Origin: Patescibacteria group bacterium
GTDB taxonomy: Bacteria > Patescibacteriota > Microgenomatia > Levybacterales > UBA12049
DNA length: 64,000 nt
Reading direction: 5' to 3'
Assembly: GCA_035946335.1 (NCBI GenBank)
Contig: DASYZL010000006.1
Coordinates: forward strand, 106,594 to 170,593
Shown: positions 30,796 to 40,563 of the stretch, piece after piece
Layout: each line of letters starts with the position of its first letter
Numbering within the stretch: the first letter of the stretch is position 1
The notes under the pieces: model-generated
What the model saw: the letters and a program-made list of their open reading frames with translations, nothing else
What the model was told of the DNA's origin: nothing
Databases searched by the model: none
Position numbers and translations under genes: made by a program

Positions 30796-32062
30796 AGTTT
30801 CGCATCACTAGCTGTGCTTCAAGCCCTTTCACTGTTTCTAGAATAACAGAAACGATAATCAGAATACTTGTACCGCCTAAAAGCAATGTCTGAATACCGG
30901 TTAATGTTTTGGCAATGGTCGGAAAAATCGCTACAATTCCTAGAAATAATGCACCAACCAGAGTAATCCGCGTTAAAACAGTGTTCAAAAAGTTTGCTGT
31001 CGGCGTTCCGGGGCGAATGCCGGGGATAAATCCCCCATACTTTTGTATTTCCTCTGCAATTTTTTTCGGATTAAAAATAATTGCCGTATAAAAATAGGTG
31101 AAACCAACAACAAGGACAAAGTAAATAGCGTTATATAAAAACTGATTTGGATCAAACCACACCGCAATACCTGTTGCTAAGTTGTGAAGAACAGGATTTG
31201 TGGAAGTGGCAAAATAGTTACCGAGAAGGGATGGAATCAATACCAGCGAAACGGCAAAAATAATCGGAATAACACCTGCCTGGTTAAGGCGAAGTGGCAA
31301 ATGAGTATTTTGTCCACCATACATTTTATTACCGCGAACCCTTTTTGCATAGTAAATCGGCACTTTTCTCACTGCTTCGTTAATCGCAACTATCGCAGCA
31401 ATAACAATTAAACCAAGAACCGCAAAGAAGAGCACATTGACAAAATTCTGTCCGCTTGTTGTTGAAGCAGTCTGCGTAATTACCACCGGTAACCGTCCGA
31501 TAATACCGGCAAATATCAGGAGCGAAATACCGTTACCAACGCCTCTTTCTGTGACAAGCTCACCAAGCCAAACGAGCAGCATTGTTCCTGCAGTCATAGT
31601 GACAACGAACCCGACAAGCTGGAGCGGAGAGAGAGAAGTGACAAGGTTCTGACTCTTCAATAAAGCAAACATACCAACCGCCTGCAGTGCTGCAAGCGGA
31701 ACAGTCAGAAGGCGGGTGTATTGATTGATCTTCTGTCTGCCTTGATCACCCTCTTTGGAAAGTGCTTCAAGTTGTGGAAAAACCATTGTTAGCAATTGCA
31801 AAATAATGCTGGCATTAATATACGGATTGAGCCCAAGTCCCATGACAGAAAAGTTCGCAAGCGTTCCTCCGGAGAAAATATCAAGAAGGCCAAGGAATTG
31901 GTTTTGAGCAAAAAGATTTTTCAGTCCTGCAACATCAACGCCGGCAACCGGAATATGAGCAAAAAAACGAAAGATGATAAGAATTGCTGCGGTAAAGAGG
32001 ATTTTATTGCGGATTGACTCCACCTGAAAACTTCTTTTGAAAATAGTGAGAAAATTATTCAC
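30782..32062 (-). CDS. secY: Preprotein translocase SecY
   Basis: [37 protein letters not shown] and GGTSILI motifs. Confidence 0.98.
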   Translation of the reverse strand: MNNFLTIFKRSFQVESIRNKILFTAAILIIFRFFAHIPVAGVDVAGLKNLFAQNQFLGLLDIFSGGTLANFSVMGLGLNPYINASIILQLLTMVFPQLEALSKEGDQGRQKINQYTRLLTVPLAALQAVGMFALLKSQNLVTSLSPLQLVGFVVTMTAGTMLLVWLGELVTERGVGNGISLLIFAGIIGRLPVVITQTASTTSGQNFVNVLFFAVLGLIVIAAIVAINEAVRKVPIYYAKRVRGNKMYGGQNTHLPLRLNQAGVIPIIFAVSLVLIPSLLGNYFATSTNPVLHNLATGIAVWFDPNQFLYNAIYFVLVVGFTYFYTAIIFNPKKIAEEIQKYGGFIPGIRPGTPTANFLNTVLTRITLVGALFLGIVAIFPTIAKTLTGIQTLLLGGTSILIIVSVILETVKGLEAQLVMRNYDQF

Positions 32063-32067
32063 GTGAG

Positions 32068-32511
32068 TTATACCTCGACTGTTCCGCCTGCTTTTTCGAT
32101 TTTTTCCTTTGCGATTTTGGAAACCGGCAATTTTACCCTCAGCGCTATTGATAAGTCACCATCTCCTAGAATTTTCACGGTACGATATTTAACATTTTTT
32201 GCCGTAATAATTTTTTTCTCGATAAGCACTTTTGTATCAACAACTGTCCCTTTTGGTAACCCATTGAGTTTTTCAATGTTTACCGACAATGGTTTTTCCT
32301 GGAGTGAATAATTGCGCATTTTACCCCGAAGGAGTGGTAAACGTTTCACAAATGCAAGTGACCCACCGCTATAACGGGTGTACGGAATTGTCCGTCGTGC
32401 TTTTTGTCCTTTTGTACCACGGCCCGACGTTTTGACCCGGCCGCTGCCATGCCCTTGACCGACTCGCCGTTTTTTTCTGTCAGTAATTTTTGGTAATTGT
32501 GAAATATTCAT
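32068..32511 (-). CDS. rplO: 50S ribosomal protein L15
   Basis: [28 protein letters not shown] and KIEKAGG motifs. Confidence 0.97.
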   Translation of the reverse strand: MNISQLPKITDRKKRRVGQGHGSGRVKTSGRGTKGQKARRTIPYTRYSGGSLAFVKRLPLLRGKMRNYSLQEKPLSVNIEKLNGLPKGTVVDTKVLIEKKIITAKNVKYRTVKILGDGDLSIALRVKLPVSKIAKEKIEKAGGTVEV

Positions 32512-33008
32512 ATTATTTTCTTTTTTACTGTTTCCTGTCTTGCGCTACGCTTTCTTGCCCATACCTGTATTCGCGTGAGCGCTTCTATTGTCGCGTACAC
32601 ATTACTTGCTTTGTTATCTGAACCCAGTACCTTTGATGAAATATTTGCAATACCTGCTGCTGCAACAACACTTCGTACCGCGCCTCCTGCAATAATCCCA
32701 CTACCAACAGGGGCTGGCTTGAGCATTACTTTTGCCGCATCTTTCTTGACAATAATATCGAAGGGAATCGTCCCACCTTTTACAATCGGAACATCTATCA
32801 TGTGCTTTTTTGCAACAACAATTGCCTTTTTGATAGCAGAAGACACATCTGCTGCTTTTGCATGACCAACCCCAACTTTTCCCTTTTTATTCCCCACAAC
32901 GGTAAGAGCTGCAAAACTTACTTTATTGCCTCCCTGTGTTTTTTTGGAAATCCGATTAATCTGGATTACCTCTTCTGCAAATTCTCCTTGTCCACTTCTG
33001 TCTGCCAT
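32508..33008 (-). CDS. rpsE: 30S ribosomal protein S5
   Basis: INRISK..GG, VVGNKKGKVG.G and LKPA..GSGIIAGG motifs. Confidence 0.97.
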   Translation of the reverse strand: MADRSGQGEFAEEVIQINRISKKTQGGNKVSFAALTVVGNKKGKVGVGHAKAADVSSAIKKAIVVAKKHMIDVPIVKGGTIPFDIIVKKDAAKVMLKPAPVGSGIIAGGAVRSVVAAAGIANISSKVLGSDNKASNVYATIEALTRIQVWARKRSARQETVKKKII

Positions 33009-33009
33009 A

Positions 33010-33348
33010 TTAGAATTCCAATCCTCCCTCCCGCACGGCATCTGCTAATGCCTTCACGCGTCCGTGATATTTGTACATTCCTTTATCAAACACAACGTGT
33101 TTTACTTTTTTACTCAGTGCTTTCTTTGCAAACTCAAGTCCCAATGCCTTTGCCTTTTCTGTTTTTGTCCCTTTTGTACCCAATGTTTTTTCAGACAAAC
33201 CAAGAATAGTTTTTTGCAAGGTGTCATCAATAATTTGTACTGCAAGATGAGCATTTGAGCGATACACGGATAACCGTGGCAATGTACTTACCCTACGAAT
33301 GTTGTGTCGAATGCGTTTTGCCCGTTTTTGTTTTTGTATTGTCTTCAT
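33010..33348 (-). CDS. rplR: 50S ribosomal protein L18
   Basis: PRLSVYRSN and VVFDK..YKYHGRVKALAD..REGGLEF motifs. Confidence 0.97.
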   Translation of the reverse strand: MKTIQKQKRAKRIRHNIRRVSTLPRLSVYRSNAHLAVQIIDDTLQKTILGLSEKTLGTKGTKTEKAKALGLEFAKKALSKKVKHVVFDKGMYKYHGRVKALADAVREGGLEF

Positions 33349-33349
33349 A

Positions 33350-33901
33350 TTATTTTGTTCCAACTGTTTTTGCAGCTTTTCCTGCTTTTCTCCTGATATG
33401 CTCTCCAACATATTTAATGCCTTTGCCTTTATATGGTTCGGGTTTTCGTACTGCGCGTACTTTTGCCGCAACATCTCCTACAAGCGCTTTATCGATACCG
33501 GACACAACAATAACATTTTCGCTCACAGCAAAAGTAATACCTGCAGGCGCCTGTATTTTGACCGGATGTGAATAACCAACAGACAATGTTAATTCCTGTC
33601 CATTTGCGTTTGCTCGATAGCCAACACCGGAAAGCTCGAGACGTTTCTCAAACCCTGTTGCGACACCTTTTACCATATTGGCAAGCAGGGCGCGTGATAA
33701 TCCATATAGAGCTTTTGTTTCTTCCTGTGTCTTTACTTCCTGGGAAATTGAAATTAAATTATCAGCAACTTTTGCCGTAATACCTTTCGGAATAGCAAAT
33801 TGCAACTGTCCTTTTGGCCCACTGACTCGCATGATTTGATCCGCAAGTATTGCGGTAACGCCTTGTGGAATTACAACTGGTATTTTTCCTATTTTTGACA
33901 T
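33350..33901 (-). CDS. rplF: 50S ribosomal protein L6
   Basis: MSKIGK.P, GVGYRA and PEPYKGKGI motifs. Confidence 0.98.
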   Translation of the reverse strand: MSKIGKIPVVIPQGVTAILADQIMRVSGPKGQLQFAIPKGITAKVADNLISISQEVKTQEETKALYGLSRALLANMVKGVATGFEKRLELSGVGYRANANGQELTLSVGYSHPVKIQAPAGITFAVSENVIVVSGIDKALVGDVAAKVRAVRKPEPYKGKGIKYVGEHIRRKAGKAAKTVGTK

Positions 33902-33902
33902 A

Positions 33903-34295
33903 TTACCAAACCGTAAAAAGCAGTTCGCCTCCCAAACCCTTTTGCGATGCCTCCTTTCCAGTCATTACGCCTTTATTTGTTGAAACAACCGTGATGCCAA
34001 TACCTTTCCCTTTTAAACGCGCTCCGTCAAGAGCTTTCGCGTATTGACGAAGCGATGGTTTTGATAGAATTTTTACGTCTGTAAGTACTGGTAAGCGCTT
34101 GTCATAGGTAATCTCTGCAACGAGTACTCTTTTCTTATCAATCGTTTCCTCTGTAACTTGCTGCAAAAATCCCTCATGAATCAATACACGACACATTTCT
34201 TTTGCCAGCTTTGCGTATGGCAATATAACGGTGCGGCGGCGGGCAAGCGAAGCATTCTTTATCCGAATAAGTACATCTGATACAACGTATGCCAT
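33903..34295 (-). CDS. rpsH: 30S ribosomal protein S8
   Basis: D.LIRIKNA, SKPSLR.Y, STNKGVMT and GGEL...W motifs. Confidence 0.97.
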   Translation of the reverse strand: MAYVVSDVLIRIKNASLARRRTVILPYAKLAKEMCRVLIHEGFLQQVTEETIDKKRVLVAEITYDKRLPVLTDVKILSKPSLRQYAKALDGARLKGKGIGITVVSTNKGVMTGKEASQKGLGGELLFTVW

Positions 34296-34297
34296 AG

Positions 34298-34483
34298 TTA
34301 CCAACTTGCCTTCAAGACCCCAGGCAATTCTCCTTTCAGGGCGAAACTACGAAAACAATGTCTGCACAATCCAAATCTTCGCATATATGCCCGTGACCGT
34401 CCGCAAATATTGCAACGATTATGCTCACGAGTCATAAATTTTTGTTTGTGTTTAAATTTAACTATATCTGATACTTTTGCCAT
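34298..34483 (-). CDS. rpsN: 30S ribosomal protein S14 (Zn-binding type Z)
   Basis: RCNICGR...FGLCRHCFR...GELPG..KASW. Confidence 0.97.
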   Translation of the reverse strand: MAKVSDIVKFKHKQKFMTREHNRCNICGRSRAYMRRFGLCRHCFRSFALKGELPGVLKASW

Positions 34484-34484
34484 A

Positions 34485-35000
34485 TTACTTTACAAACGGC
34501 ATACCTGTTGCTTTCAACAGTGCATACGCTTCCTTTCTGTCTTTTGCTGATGTCACTACGCAAATCTCTAGTCCCTGTACCCGATCAATCTTTCCTGTAT
34601 CAACTTCGGGAAATACCGTATACTCGGATAATCCCAATGTGTAATTTCCCTTTGTGTCAAATGATGTATTGTTTACCCCCCGGAAATCTTTTACACGTGG
34701 CAGAGCTACGTTAACAAGCTTACTGTAAAAATCACTCATTCGTTTTCCCCGCAATGTAACAACAAGGCCTATTTTATCACCCTCTCGTAGTTTAAAGCTA
34801 GAAATGGATTTTTTTGCCGTTGTCACTTTTGGTTTTTGCCCGGTAATCATCGTTAGCACGTTTTCCGCAACGTCTAATGCTTTCTCTCCATCTGCTTTTT
34901 TAATACCAATATTAACGACTATCTTTTTTAGCCTTGGTATTGCCATTACATTAGTAATTTTTAAATCTTCTTGTAATTTTTTTGTCGTATCGTTTGTCAT
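34485..35000 (-). CDS. rplE: 50S ribosomal protein L5
   Basis: [26 protein letters not shown] and FPEV motifs. Confidence 0.97.
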   Translation of the reverse strand: MTNDTTKKLQEDLKITNVMAIPRLKKIVVNIGIKKADGEKALDVAENVLTMITGQKPKVTTAKKSISSFKLREGDKIGLVVTLRGKRMSDFYSKLVNVALPRVKDFRGVNNTSFDTKGNYTLGLSEYTVFPEVDTGKIDRVQGLEICVVTSAKDRKEAYALLKATGMPFVK

Positions 35001-35001
35001 A

Positions 35002-35307
35002 TTAGATGGTTGCTTCGCATTTTTTGCAAATACGCATTTTTTCCTTTCCTTCTCCTTTGTACCCGACGCGCGTTATCTTTTTGCACTTCGGACAGATAAG
35101 ACGTACATTGGCAATGGGCAACGGCTTGGTAATTGTTATAATTTCCGATTGCTGTCCCTGCTGACGACCTTTCATATGCCGTTTATATTGATTTACCCCA
35201 TTTACCAATACTCTATATTCCTTCGTAAACACTTTCTCAATTTTTCCTGTTTTTCCTTTGTCTTTTCCTGTTACCACTCTCACTTCATCATTTTTTTTTA
35301 GTTTCAT
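35002..35307 (-). CDS. rplX: 50S ribosomal protein L24
   Basis: KOW motif VVTGKDKGKTG with CPKC/CKKC. Confidence 0.97.
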   Translation of the reverse strand: MKLKKNDEVRVVTGKDKGKTGKIEKVFTKEYRVLVNGVNQYKRHMKGRQQGQQSEIITITKPLPIANVRLICPKCKKITRVGYKGEGKEKMRICKKCEATI

Positions 35308-35320
35308 AGCGAATGCTCCT

Positions 35321-35695
35321 TTATACCACTTCTACTGCCATAGATGCAATTTTTGCAAATCCCTTATCTCGCACTTCCCGCGCAACTGGTCCAAAAATAC
35401 GCGTACCACGGGGATTTTTATCTTTCATGGAATCAATGACAACAGCTGCATTATCAGAAAAACGAACGTATGAACCGTCTTTTCGCTTTACTTCTTTTCT
35501 GCTTCGTATTAACACTGCCTTTACGATCTCTCCATCTTTTACCTGTCCTGTAGGAGCAGCTACCTTTACGACGCAGTTCATGATATCACCGATATATCCG
35601 TATTTTCGCTTTGAACCGCCAAAAACATGGATTACCATCAAAGATTTTGCGCCACAATTATCTGCAACGTGCAGTATACTTCTGTGTTGTATCAT
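35321..35695 (-). CDS. rplN: 50S ribosomal protein L14
   Basis: [13 protein letters not shown] and [11 protein letters not shown] motifs. Confidence 0.98.
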   Translation of the reverse strand: MIQHRSILHVADNCGAKSLMVIHVFGGSKRKYGYIGDIMNCVVKVAAPTGQVKDGEIVKAVLIRSRKEVKRKDGSYVRFSDNAAVVIDSMKDKNPRGTRIFGPVAREVRDKGFAKIASMAVEVV

Positions 35696-35925
35696 TGTTT
35701 TTCCTCCATAACTCGAAAGAATTTCTTTTTTGCCATTGGCTTCATTCCAACAATGCTCACCGTATCACCAATCGCGTATTGTTTACTACCGCTGTCAACT
35801 AAAAACTTTTTGCTTCGTTTCATCAGTTTCCTGTACATCGGATGCGCTATCTTTCTTGTCACTTCAACAACAATTGTCTTCTGCATGTTGGCTGAAACAA
35901 CTTTTCCTTGTAAGATTTTAGCCAT
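35692..35925 (-). CDS. rpsQ: 30S ribosomal protein S17
   Basis: GKVVS..MQKTIVV, HPMY.K and GDTV motifs. Confidence 0.96.
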   Translation of the reverse strand: MAKILQGKVVSANMQKTIVVEVTRKIAHPMYRKLMKRSKKFLVDSGSKQYAIGDTVSIVGMKPMAKKKFFRVMEEKQ

Positions 35926-36112
35926 TTTTTACCTCCTTCATATGGTATTTTGTTAATAGTCGCGCAATTTCTTTCCGCTTGAAAAAAATTACCCGTGTAT
36001 TTTTTAATTTTCTCATTTGTTTGTCAAGATTAAGCTTAAACAACTCTTCCCGTACTGTTGCAAGTGCTGCTTTTGCATCATGTTGTTCTGTTTTTTCAGT
36101 CTTCTTAGCCAT
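35918..36112 (-). CDS. rpmC: 50S ribosomal protein L29
   Basis: EELFKL...RKEIARLLT; lies between rplP and rpsQ. Confidence 0.9.
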   Translation of the reverse strand: MAKKTEKTEQHDAKAALATVREELFKLNLDKQMRKLKNTRVIFFKRKEIARLLTKYHMKEVKNG

Positions 36113-36114
36113 CC

Positions 36115-36528
36115 TTATAAATCCTCCTTCGCAATAAACCGTGTTTTTACCGGTAATTTATATGCTGCGAGCTTCAAAGCCTGGTGAGCTATATCTTTAG
36201 TCACACCGCCCATTTCAAACAGCATCCGTCCTGGTTTCACTGTCGCAACATATTCGTATACTTCACCCTTTCCTGACCCCATACGTGTCTCCGGTGGCTT
36301 CTTGGTAATCGGTTTATCCGGAAAAATCCGTATCCATATTCTGCCACCCCGCTGGGTAAAGTGGGTAATGGCGCGGCGTGCCGCTTCGATTTGCCTGCTT
36401 GTTACCCACGCTGTCTCTAGCGACTGCAAACCGAACTCACCGAATGAAATTGCTGTTCCTGCATGCGCTGTTCCTTTCATGACACCACGCATTTGCTTGC
36501 GATATTTGACTCGTTTTGGCGCTAACAT
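36115..36528 (-). CDS. rplP: 50S ribosomal protein L16
   Basis: [22 protein letters not shown] and RMGSGKG motifs. Confidence 0.98.
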   Translation of the reverse strand: MLAPKRVKYRKQMRGVMKGTAHAGTAISFGEFGLQSLETAWVTSRQIEAARRAITHFTQRGGRIWIRIFPDKPITKKPPETRMGSGKGEVYEYVATVKPGRMLFEMGGVTKDIAHQALKLAAYKLPVKTRFIAKEDL

Positions 36529-37193
36529 TACTTTGCTCCTTCTGTACTCTTTTGGTTAATCCACACTTTCACACCAATGTACCCTTTTTTTGTCAAAGAC
36601 GGATAACTCGCAAAAGTAATCGGCTCGCGAATTGTCGAAAGAGACACTTTACCAAGATGGATTTTTTCACGTCTTCCGATTTCTGACCCAGCGATTCTGC
36701 CAGCCAACATAATTTTGACACCCTTTGCGCCTGCTGTCATAACCCGTTCGGCATTCTGATTTAATACGCGCTTATAGGGCAACCGTTTTGCCAACTGTTC
36801 TGCGATATTTTTCGCAACCAAATATGCGTCAAGATTAGGTTCTTTAACAGGCTCAACACGAATTTCAATCCTCGGCGCATTTTTTCCTGTTTTTTTCGCA
36901 TCTGTCTTTGACAGTAAAGATAGAATAAACTTCTTCAAATCCTCAAGCCCAGTACCCGCACGTCCGATAACCATACCAGGACGGGAAACAAAAACAATAA
37001 TCTTAATACTGTTTATTGACCGCTCAATCTCGACGCGTGCAACACCAGCAAATTTTAGTTTTTCCAATAACGCACTGCGTAATGTGTAGTCCTCAAGAAC
37101 AATATCTTTATAGTTTTTCTTTGCAAACCATCTGCTCTCCCAGTTGTACAGTATGCCCAAACGCAGTGCTTGCGGATTTACTTTTTGTCCCAT
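36528..37193 (-). CDS. rpsC: 30S ribosomal protein S3
   Basis: [15 protein letters not shown] and G.IGVKVWI motifs. Confidence 0.98.
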   Translation of the reverse strand: MGQKVNPQALRLGILYNWESRWFAKKNYKDIVLEDYTLRSALLEKLKFAGVARVEIERSINSIKIIVFVSRPGMVIGRAGTGLEDLKKFILSLLSKTDAKKTGKNAPRIEIRVEPVKEPNLDAYLVAKNIAEQLAKRLPYKRVLNQNAERVMTAGAKGVKIMLAGRIAGSEIGRREKIHLGKVSLSTIREPITFASYPSLTKKGYIGVKVWINQKSTEGAK

Positions 37194-37194
37194 A

Positions 37195-37542
37195 TTACTT
37201 TACCTCCTCCTTTTTCTCAGTCAATACCACTTTTATGTGACTTGTTCTCTTTTTATACGGCCTAGTACGACCTCTTGTTGATGCATGGTATCGCTTGAGG
37301 AATGGGCCTTCACCAATTTCCAGCTTTGCAATTATCAACGTATCTGTTGCAACTTTTGCATTGTGCTTTGCATTGGCAACAGCACTTTGCAAGACTTTGC
37401 GAATGGGATATACACCATGCTTATTAGTTACCGCAAGCACATGCAAAGCATCACGTACAGACTTGTTACGGATACTATCTGCAACAAGACGGACTTTCCG
37501 TGTGCTTACTTTTATCGCTTTTGCTTCTGCTGTTATTTCCAT
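37195..37542 (-). CDS. rplV: 50S ribosomal protein L22
   Basis: S.RKVRLVAD.IR, SAVANA and KRTSHI motifs. Confidence 0.97.
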   Translation of the reverse strand: MEITAEAKAIKVSTRKVRLVADSIRNKSVRDALHVLAVTNKHGVYPIRKVLQSAVANAKHNAKVATDTLIIAKLEIGEGPFLKRYHASTRGRTRPYKKRTSHIKVVLTEKKEEVK

Positions 37543-37551
37543 AATTACTCC

Positions 37552-37836
37552 TTATGTTTTACTGATTTCCCGCGCAACAATGCGCCCGTGACTTCGGAAT
37601 GTTCGTGTCAATGCAAATTCGCCAAGCCGGTGTCCAACCATTCCTTCTACAACAAACACACTGATATGAACACGTCCGTTATGTACGCCAATCGTGTGTC
37701 CGACAAATTCCGGTGGAATTTGACTTGCACGTGCCCATGTTTTGATAACAGTTCTCTCTCCTGTTTCTTTTTGCTTCAAAACTTTTTTCAATAGTTTTTC
37801 GTCAATATATGGTCCTTTTTTTAGTGATCTACTCAT
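37552..37836 (-). CDS. rpsS: 30S ribosomal protein S19
   Basis: [15 protein letters not shown] and [10 protein letters not shown] motifs. Confidence 0.98.
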   Translation of the reverse strand: MSRSLKKGPYIDEKLLKKVLKQKETGERTVIKTWARASQIPPEFVGHTIGVHNGRVHISVFVVEGMVGHRLGEFALTRTFRSHGRIVAREISKT

Positions 37837-37846
37837 AGTTACTTCG

Positions 37847-38584
37847 TTACTTCTTTCTCCTTTGCATAATGTATTTATTGGAATACTTTTTTGGTCGCCT
37901 TGTCTTACCAACAGCAGGACGCCCTGCATAGGTTTTTGGTGTATTCATACCTATACCGCTTCTTCCTTCCCCTCCACCATGCGGGTGGGAACGAGGATTT
38001 TGTGCAACACCTCGCACTTTTGGTCGCCGTCCCATAAGTCGTGCCCGTCCTGCTTTTCCAATTACTTCGTTTTTATGATCAATGTTCCCGACTTGCCCAA
38101 TCGTCGCATACCCCTCTTGCGAAACTTTTCGAATTTCACCGCTGGGCAATTTAAGATGCACATAATTACCTTCCCGTGCTGCCAGCGTAATTGCAACTCC
38201 TGCTCCCCGTCCAAATTGCCCGCCTTTTCCCGGAGTTAATTCCACATTATGAACCATCGTTCCTACTGGAATTAATCGCATTGGCAGTGCGTTTCCAACT
38301 TTTATCTCTACTTTCTCTCCTGCATGAACTTTATCGTTTATCGCCAAACCAACAGGTCTGAGTATGTATCGTTTGTCGCCATCCGGATAGGTAACAAGTG
38401 CAATTTCACATGTTCTATTCGGATCATATTCGATTGCAATAACTTTACCCGCGATCATTTTATCACGTTTATAGTCAATTGTCCGGAACATCCGTTTCTG
38501 CTGACCTCCTTGATGACGAACGCTTACTTTTCCAGTCGCATCCCTCCCTGAATTTTTCTTTTTAATTGTTTTTAGTTTTTTCAT
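37847..38584 (-). CDS. rplB: 50S ribosomal protein L2 (N-terminally shortened)
   Basis: IEYDPNR, GNALP, LPSGE, GKAG and HPHGGGEG motifs. Confidence 0.97.
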   Translation of the reverse strand: MKKLKTIKKKNSGRDATGKVSVRHQGGQQKRMFRTIDYKRDKMIAGKVIAIEYDPNRTCEIALVTYPDGDKRYILRPVGLAINDKVHAGEKVEIKVGNALPMRLIPVGTMVHNVELTPGKGGQFGRGAGVAITLAAREGNYVHLKLPSGEIRKVSQEGYATIGQVGNIDHKNEVIGKAGRARLMGRRPKVRGVAQNPRSHPHGGGEGRSGIGMNTPKTYAGRPAVGKTRRPKKYSNKYIMQRRKK

Positions 38585-38591
38585 ATGTGTT

Positions 38592-38879
38592 TTATGCAAC
38601 ATTTTCGAACAAGGTAATCTTTTGTCCTGCTTTAATGGTTACAATTGCTTTTTTCCAATGTTGCCTTTTCTTCTCAACCCTGCGTACACCTGTCCGTATC
38701 GATCCACCTTTATTGTTCATAGTCGCAACAGCAAGAACATCAACGGTAAAAAATTTTTCAACAGATGCTTTTATATCCTGCTTGGTTGCCGTATTTGCAA
38801 CATGAAACGTATATTTTCCCTTTCCTGCCTGATTCATTGATTTCTCCGTAATGATGGGACGGATAATAACATTTTTCAT
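38592..38879 (-). CDS. rplW: 50S ribosomal protein L23
   Basis: RPIITEKS, YTF.V and WKKAIVT motifs. Confidence 0.97.
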   Translation of the reverse strand: MKNVIIRPIITEKSMNQAGKGKYTFHVANTATKQDIKASVEKFFTVDVLAVATMNNKGGSIRTGVRRVEKKRQHWKKAIVTIKAGQKITLFENVA

Positions 38880-38880
38880 A

Positions 38881-39663
38881 TTATTTTTTCCCTCCAAATG
38901 TCTGCTCGAGCGTCGAAATTGCATCCTTCATAAGGATAATTTTTTTCGCATCCAGTACGATATAGGTGTTAATTCTATTTGCTGCCTGCACGGTCAAATC
39001 TGCAATGTTATTTGCAGCGCGAAATACTGACTGAACGTTTTTGTCCATCACGAGAAGTGTTCTCTCTTTATTCCGTCCAATTTTTTGCAGTGCCTGTGCC
39101 ATAATTTTTGTTTTTGGCTCAAGTTTTTCAAGCCCTGCAACAAGAATAATATCTCCTGCTTGCAATTTTGTGGTCAATGCCGAAAATAGCGCTTTTCGCT
39201 TCATTTTTGTTGGCATAGTAAGCGAATAATCCCGTGGTTTTGGACCATGCGCAATACCTCCTTTGACAAAAATCGGAGCTCTGATTCCACCATGTCGCGC
39301 CCTTCCTGTCCCTTTCTGTCGGTAAATTTTTCGCGTTGAACCTTCTACTTCTCCACGCGTTTTGGTTGAAGCAGTGCCTTTTCGTTGGTTCATTAAATGA
39401 ACTCGTACTGCTTGTGCCATCAGTCGAGCATTTACCTTTGCGGCAAAAATGTTTTCCGGTAATGCCATTGTTTCAACGGTTTTTCCGGAGGTGTCGACAA
39501 CTGTCATCTCAGGAGAAGTTGCTTTTTTTGCTGTCCTTGAAGTAGCTTGGACAGTTGCCTGAATAACAGCGGTATGCTTTTTAGTAGGTATTACTTTCTC
39601 TACGGCTTTCTTTTTTGAAACACTTGTCGCTTTTGTTTTTGTTTGTTTCTTCGCTTCTGCCAT
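38881..39663 (-). CDS. rplD: 50S ribosomal protein L4 with ~50-aa K/T/A-rich N-terminal extension
   Basis: TKTRGEV, QKGTGRARHG and GPKPR motifs. Confidence 0.97.
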   Translation of the reverse strand: MAEAKKQTKTKATSVSKKKAVEKVIPTKKHTAVIQATVQATSRTAKKATSPEMTVVDTSGKTVETMALPENIFAAKVNARLMAQAVRVHLMNQRKGTASTKTRGEVEGSTRKIYRQKGTGRARHGGIRAPIFVKGGIAHGPKPRDYSLTMPTKMKRKALFSALTTKLQAGDIILVAGLEKLEPKTKIMAQALQKIGRNKERTLLVMDKNVQSVFRAANNIADLTVQAANRINTYIVLDAKKIILMKDAISTLEQTFGGKK

Positions 39664-39664
39664 G

Positions 39665-40396
39665 TTACTTTTCTCCCTCTACAGTATCTGGTTCTACTAC
39701 TTCAGATATTTCTTCTTTCGTTTTTCCCTTTTCTTCCGCTTTCTCTTCTTGTAATAAAGGAACAAACTTTTTGTTTGTCCCTCTTTTTATTACTGTCAAT
39801 AAACTCCCTATTTTACCTGGCACAAGTCCTGCAATAAAAAGCGTGTTAGCGCTGATACCGGCAACAGTCAAATGTTTTACTGTCACCTGTTCATTACCCA
39901 TTTTTCCTGCCATCCGCTTTCCTTTATACACCCGTCCTGGTGTCGTTGTTTGACCGATAGAGCCCGGAGCCCGCTCTCTATCCGATTGTCCGTGCGTTCG
40001 CGGACCGCCTCGAAAGTGATACCGTTTAACCCCTCCGGCAAATCCTTTTCCCTTGGAAGTTCCATGTACATCAATGATATCTCCTGGTTGTAACGCAGCT
40101 ACAAGCTCAATCTTCTCTCCAACAGTAGGTAAGTTTTCCCCGTCAGCAACACGAACCTCTCTTAAAAAGCGAGGAGCTTTTTCTAGTAAAGCTCCTTTTA
40201 TATGTCCTTGCAGTGGTTTATTCATTTTCTTATTGTGTCCATATCCAAGTTGCACTGCCCAATACTTGTCCTTCTCCTTCGTACGAATCGCAATAACGGG
40301 ATTCGCCTCAACTGAGACTATCGTCACAGGAAGCCGTTTTCCGTCTTGACGGAACTTTTGTGTTTGCCCCTGCTTTATTCCTAAAATTGCTTGCAT
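39665..40396 (-). CDS. rplC: 50S ribosomal protein L3
   Basis: PVT, SKGKGFAG, THG, PGSIG and PGRVYKGKRMAG motifs. Confidence 0.98.
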   Translation of the reverse strand: MQAILGIKQGQTQKFRQDGKRLPVTIVSVEANPVIAIRTKEKDKYWAVQLGYGHNKKMNKPLQGHIKGALLEKAPRFLREVRVADGENLPTVGEKIELVAALQPGDIIDVHGTSKGKGFAGGVKRYHFRGGPRTHGQSDRERAPGSIGQTTTPGRVYKGKRMAGKMGNEQVTVKHLTVAGISANTLFIAGLVPGKIGSLLTVIKRGTNKKFVPLLQEEKAEEKGKTKEEISEVVEPDTVEGEK

Positions 40397-40399
40397 AGA

Positions 40400-40534
40400 A
40401 AACAACAAAAAAAGCGGCCATCAGGCCACCTTCTTTCCCGAAGATTTCCCCTGATGCTACTCTTTCACCACTCCTCCTTGGTTGAGCTGGATCATGTGTA
40501 AGCGAATTGTATCAAAACAGCAAGAAGTCTGCAA
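40400..40534 (-). promoter_or_regulatory. rplC promoter and structured 5' leader
   Basis: TTGCAG(40534-40529)-17 nt-TACAAT(40511-40506) with an extended TG. The leader contains a CATCAGG/CCTGATG stem followed by a T tract. Confidence 0.65.
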
Positions 40535-40563
40535 GAGGAAAGGAAAGACAGTATAATACGTGC

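Noticed and set aside
32915-32960. S5 loop (KKTQGGNK) and S10 loop (SPFIYK, ~44880) as spectinomycin/tetracycline resistance alleles
   Set aside because: These loops vary naturally, and I cannot tie the residues to specific known alleles.
35313-35711. Long antisense ORFs over rplN and other core genes (also rpsK, rpoC, fusA)
   Set aside because: These are expected antisense open frames of conserved genes, with no independent evidence.
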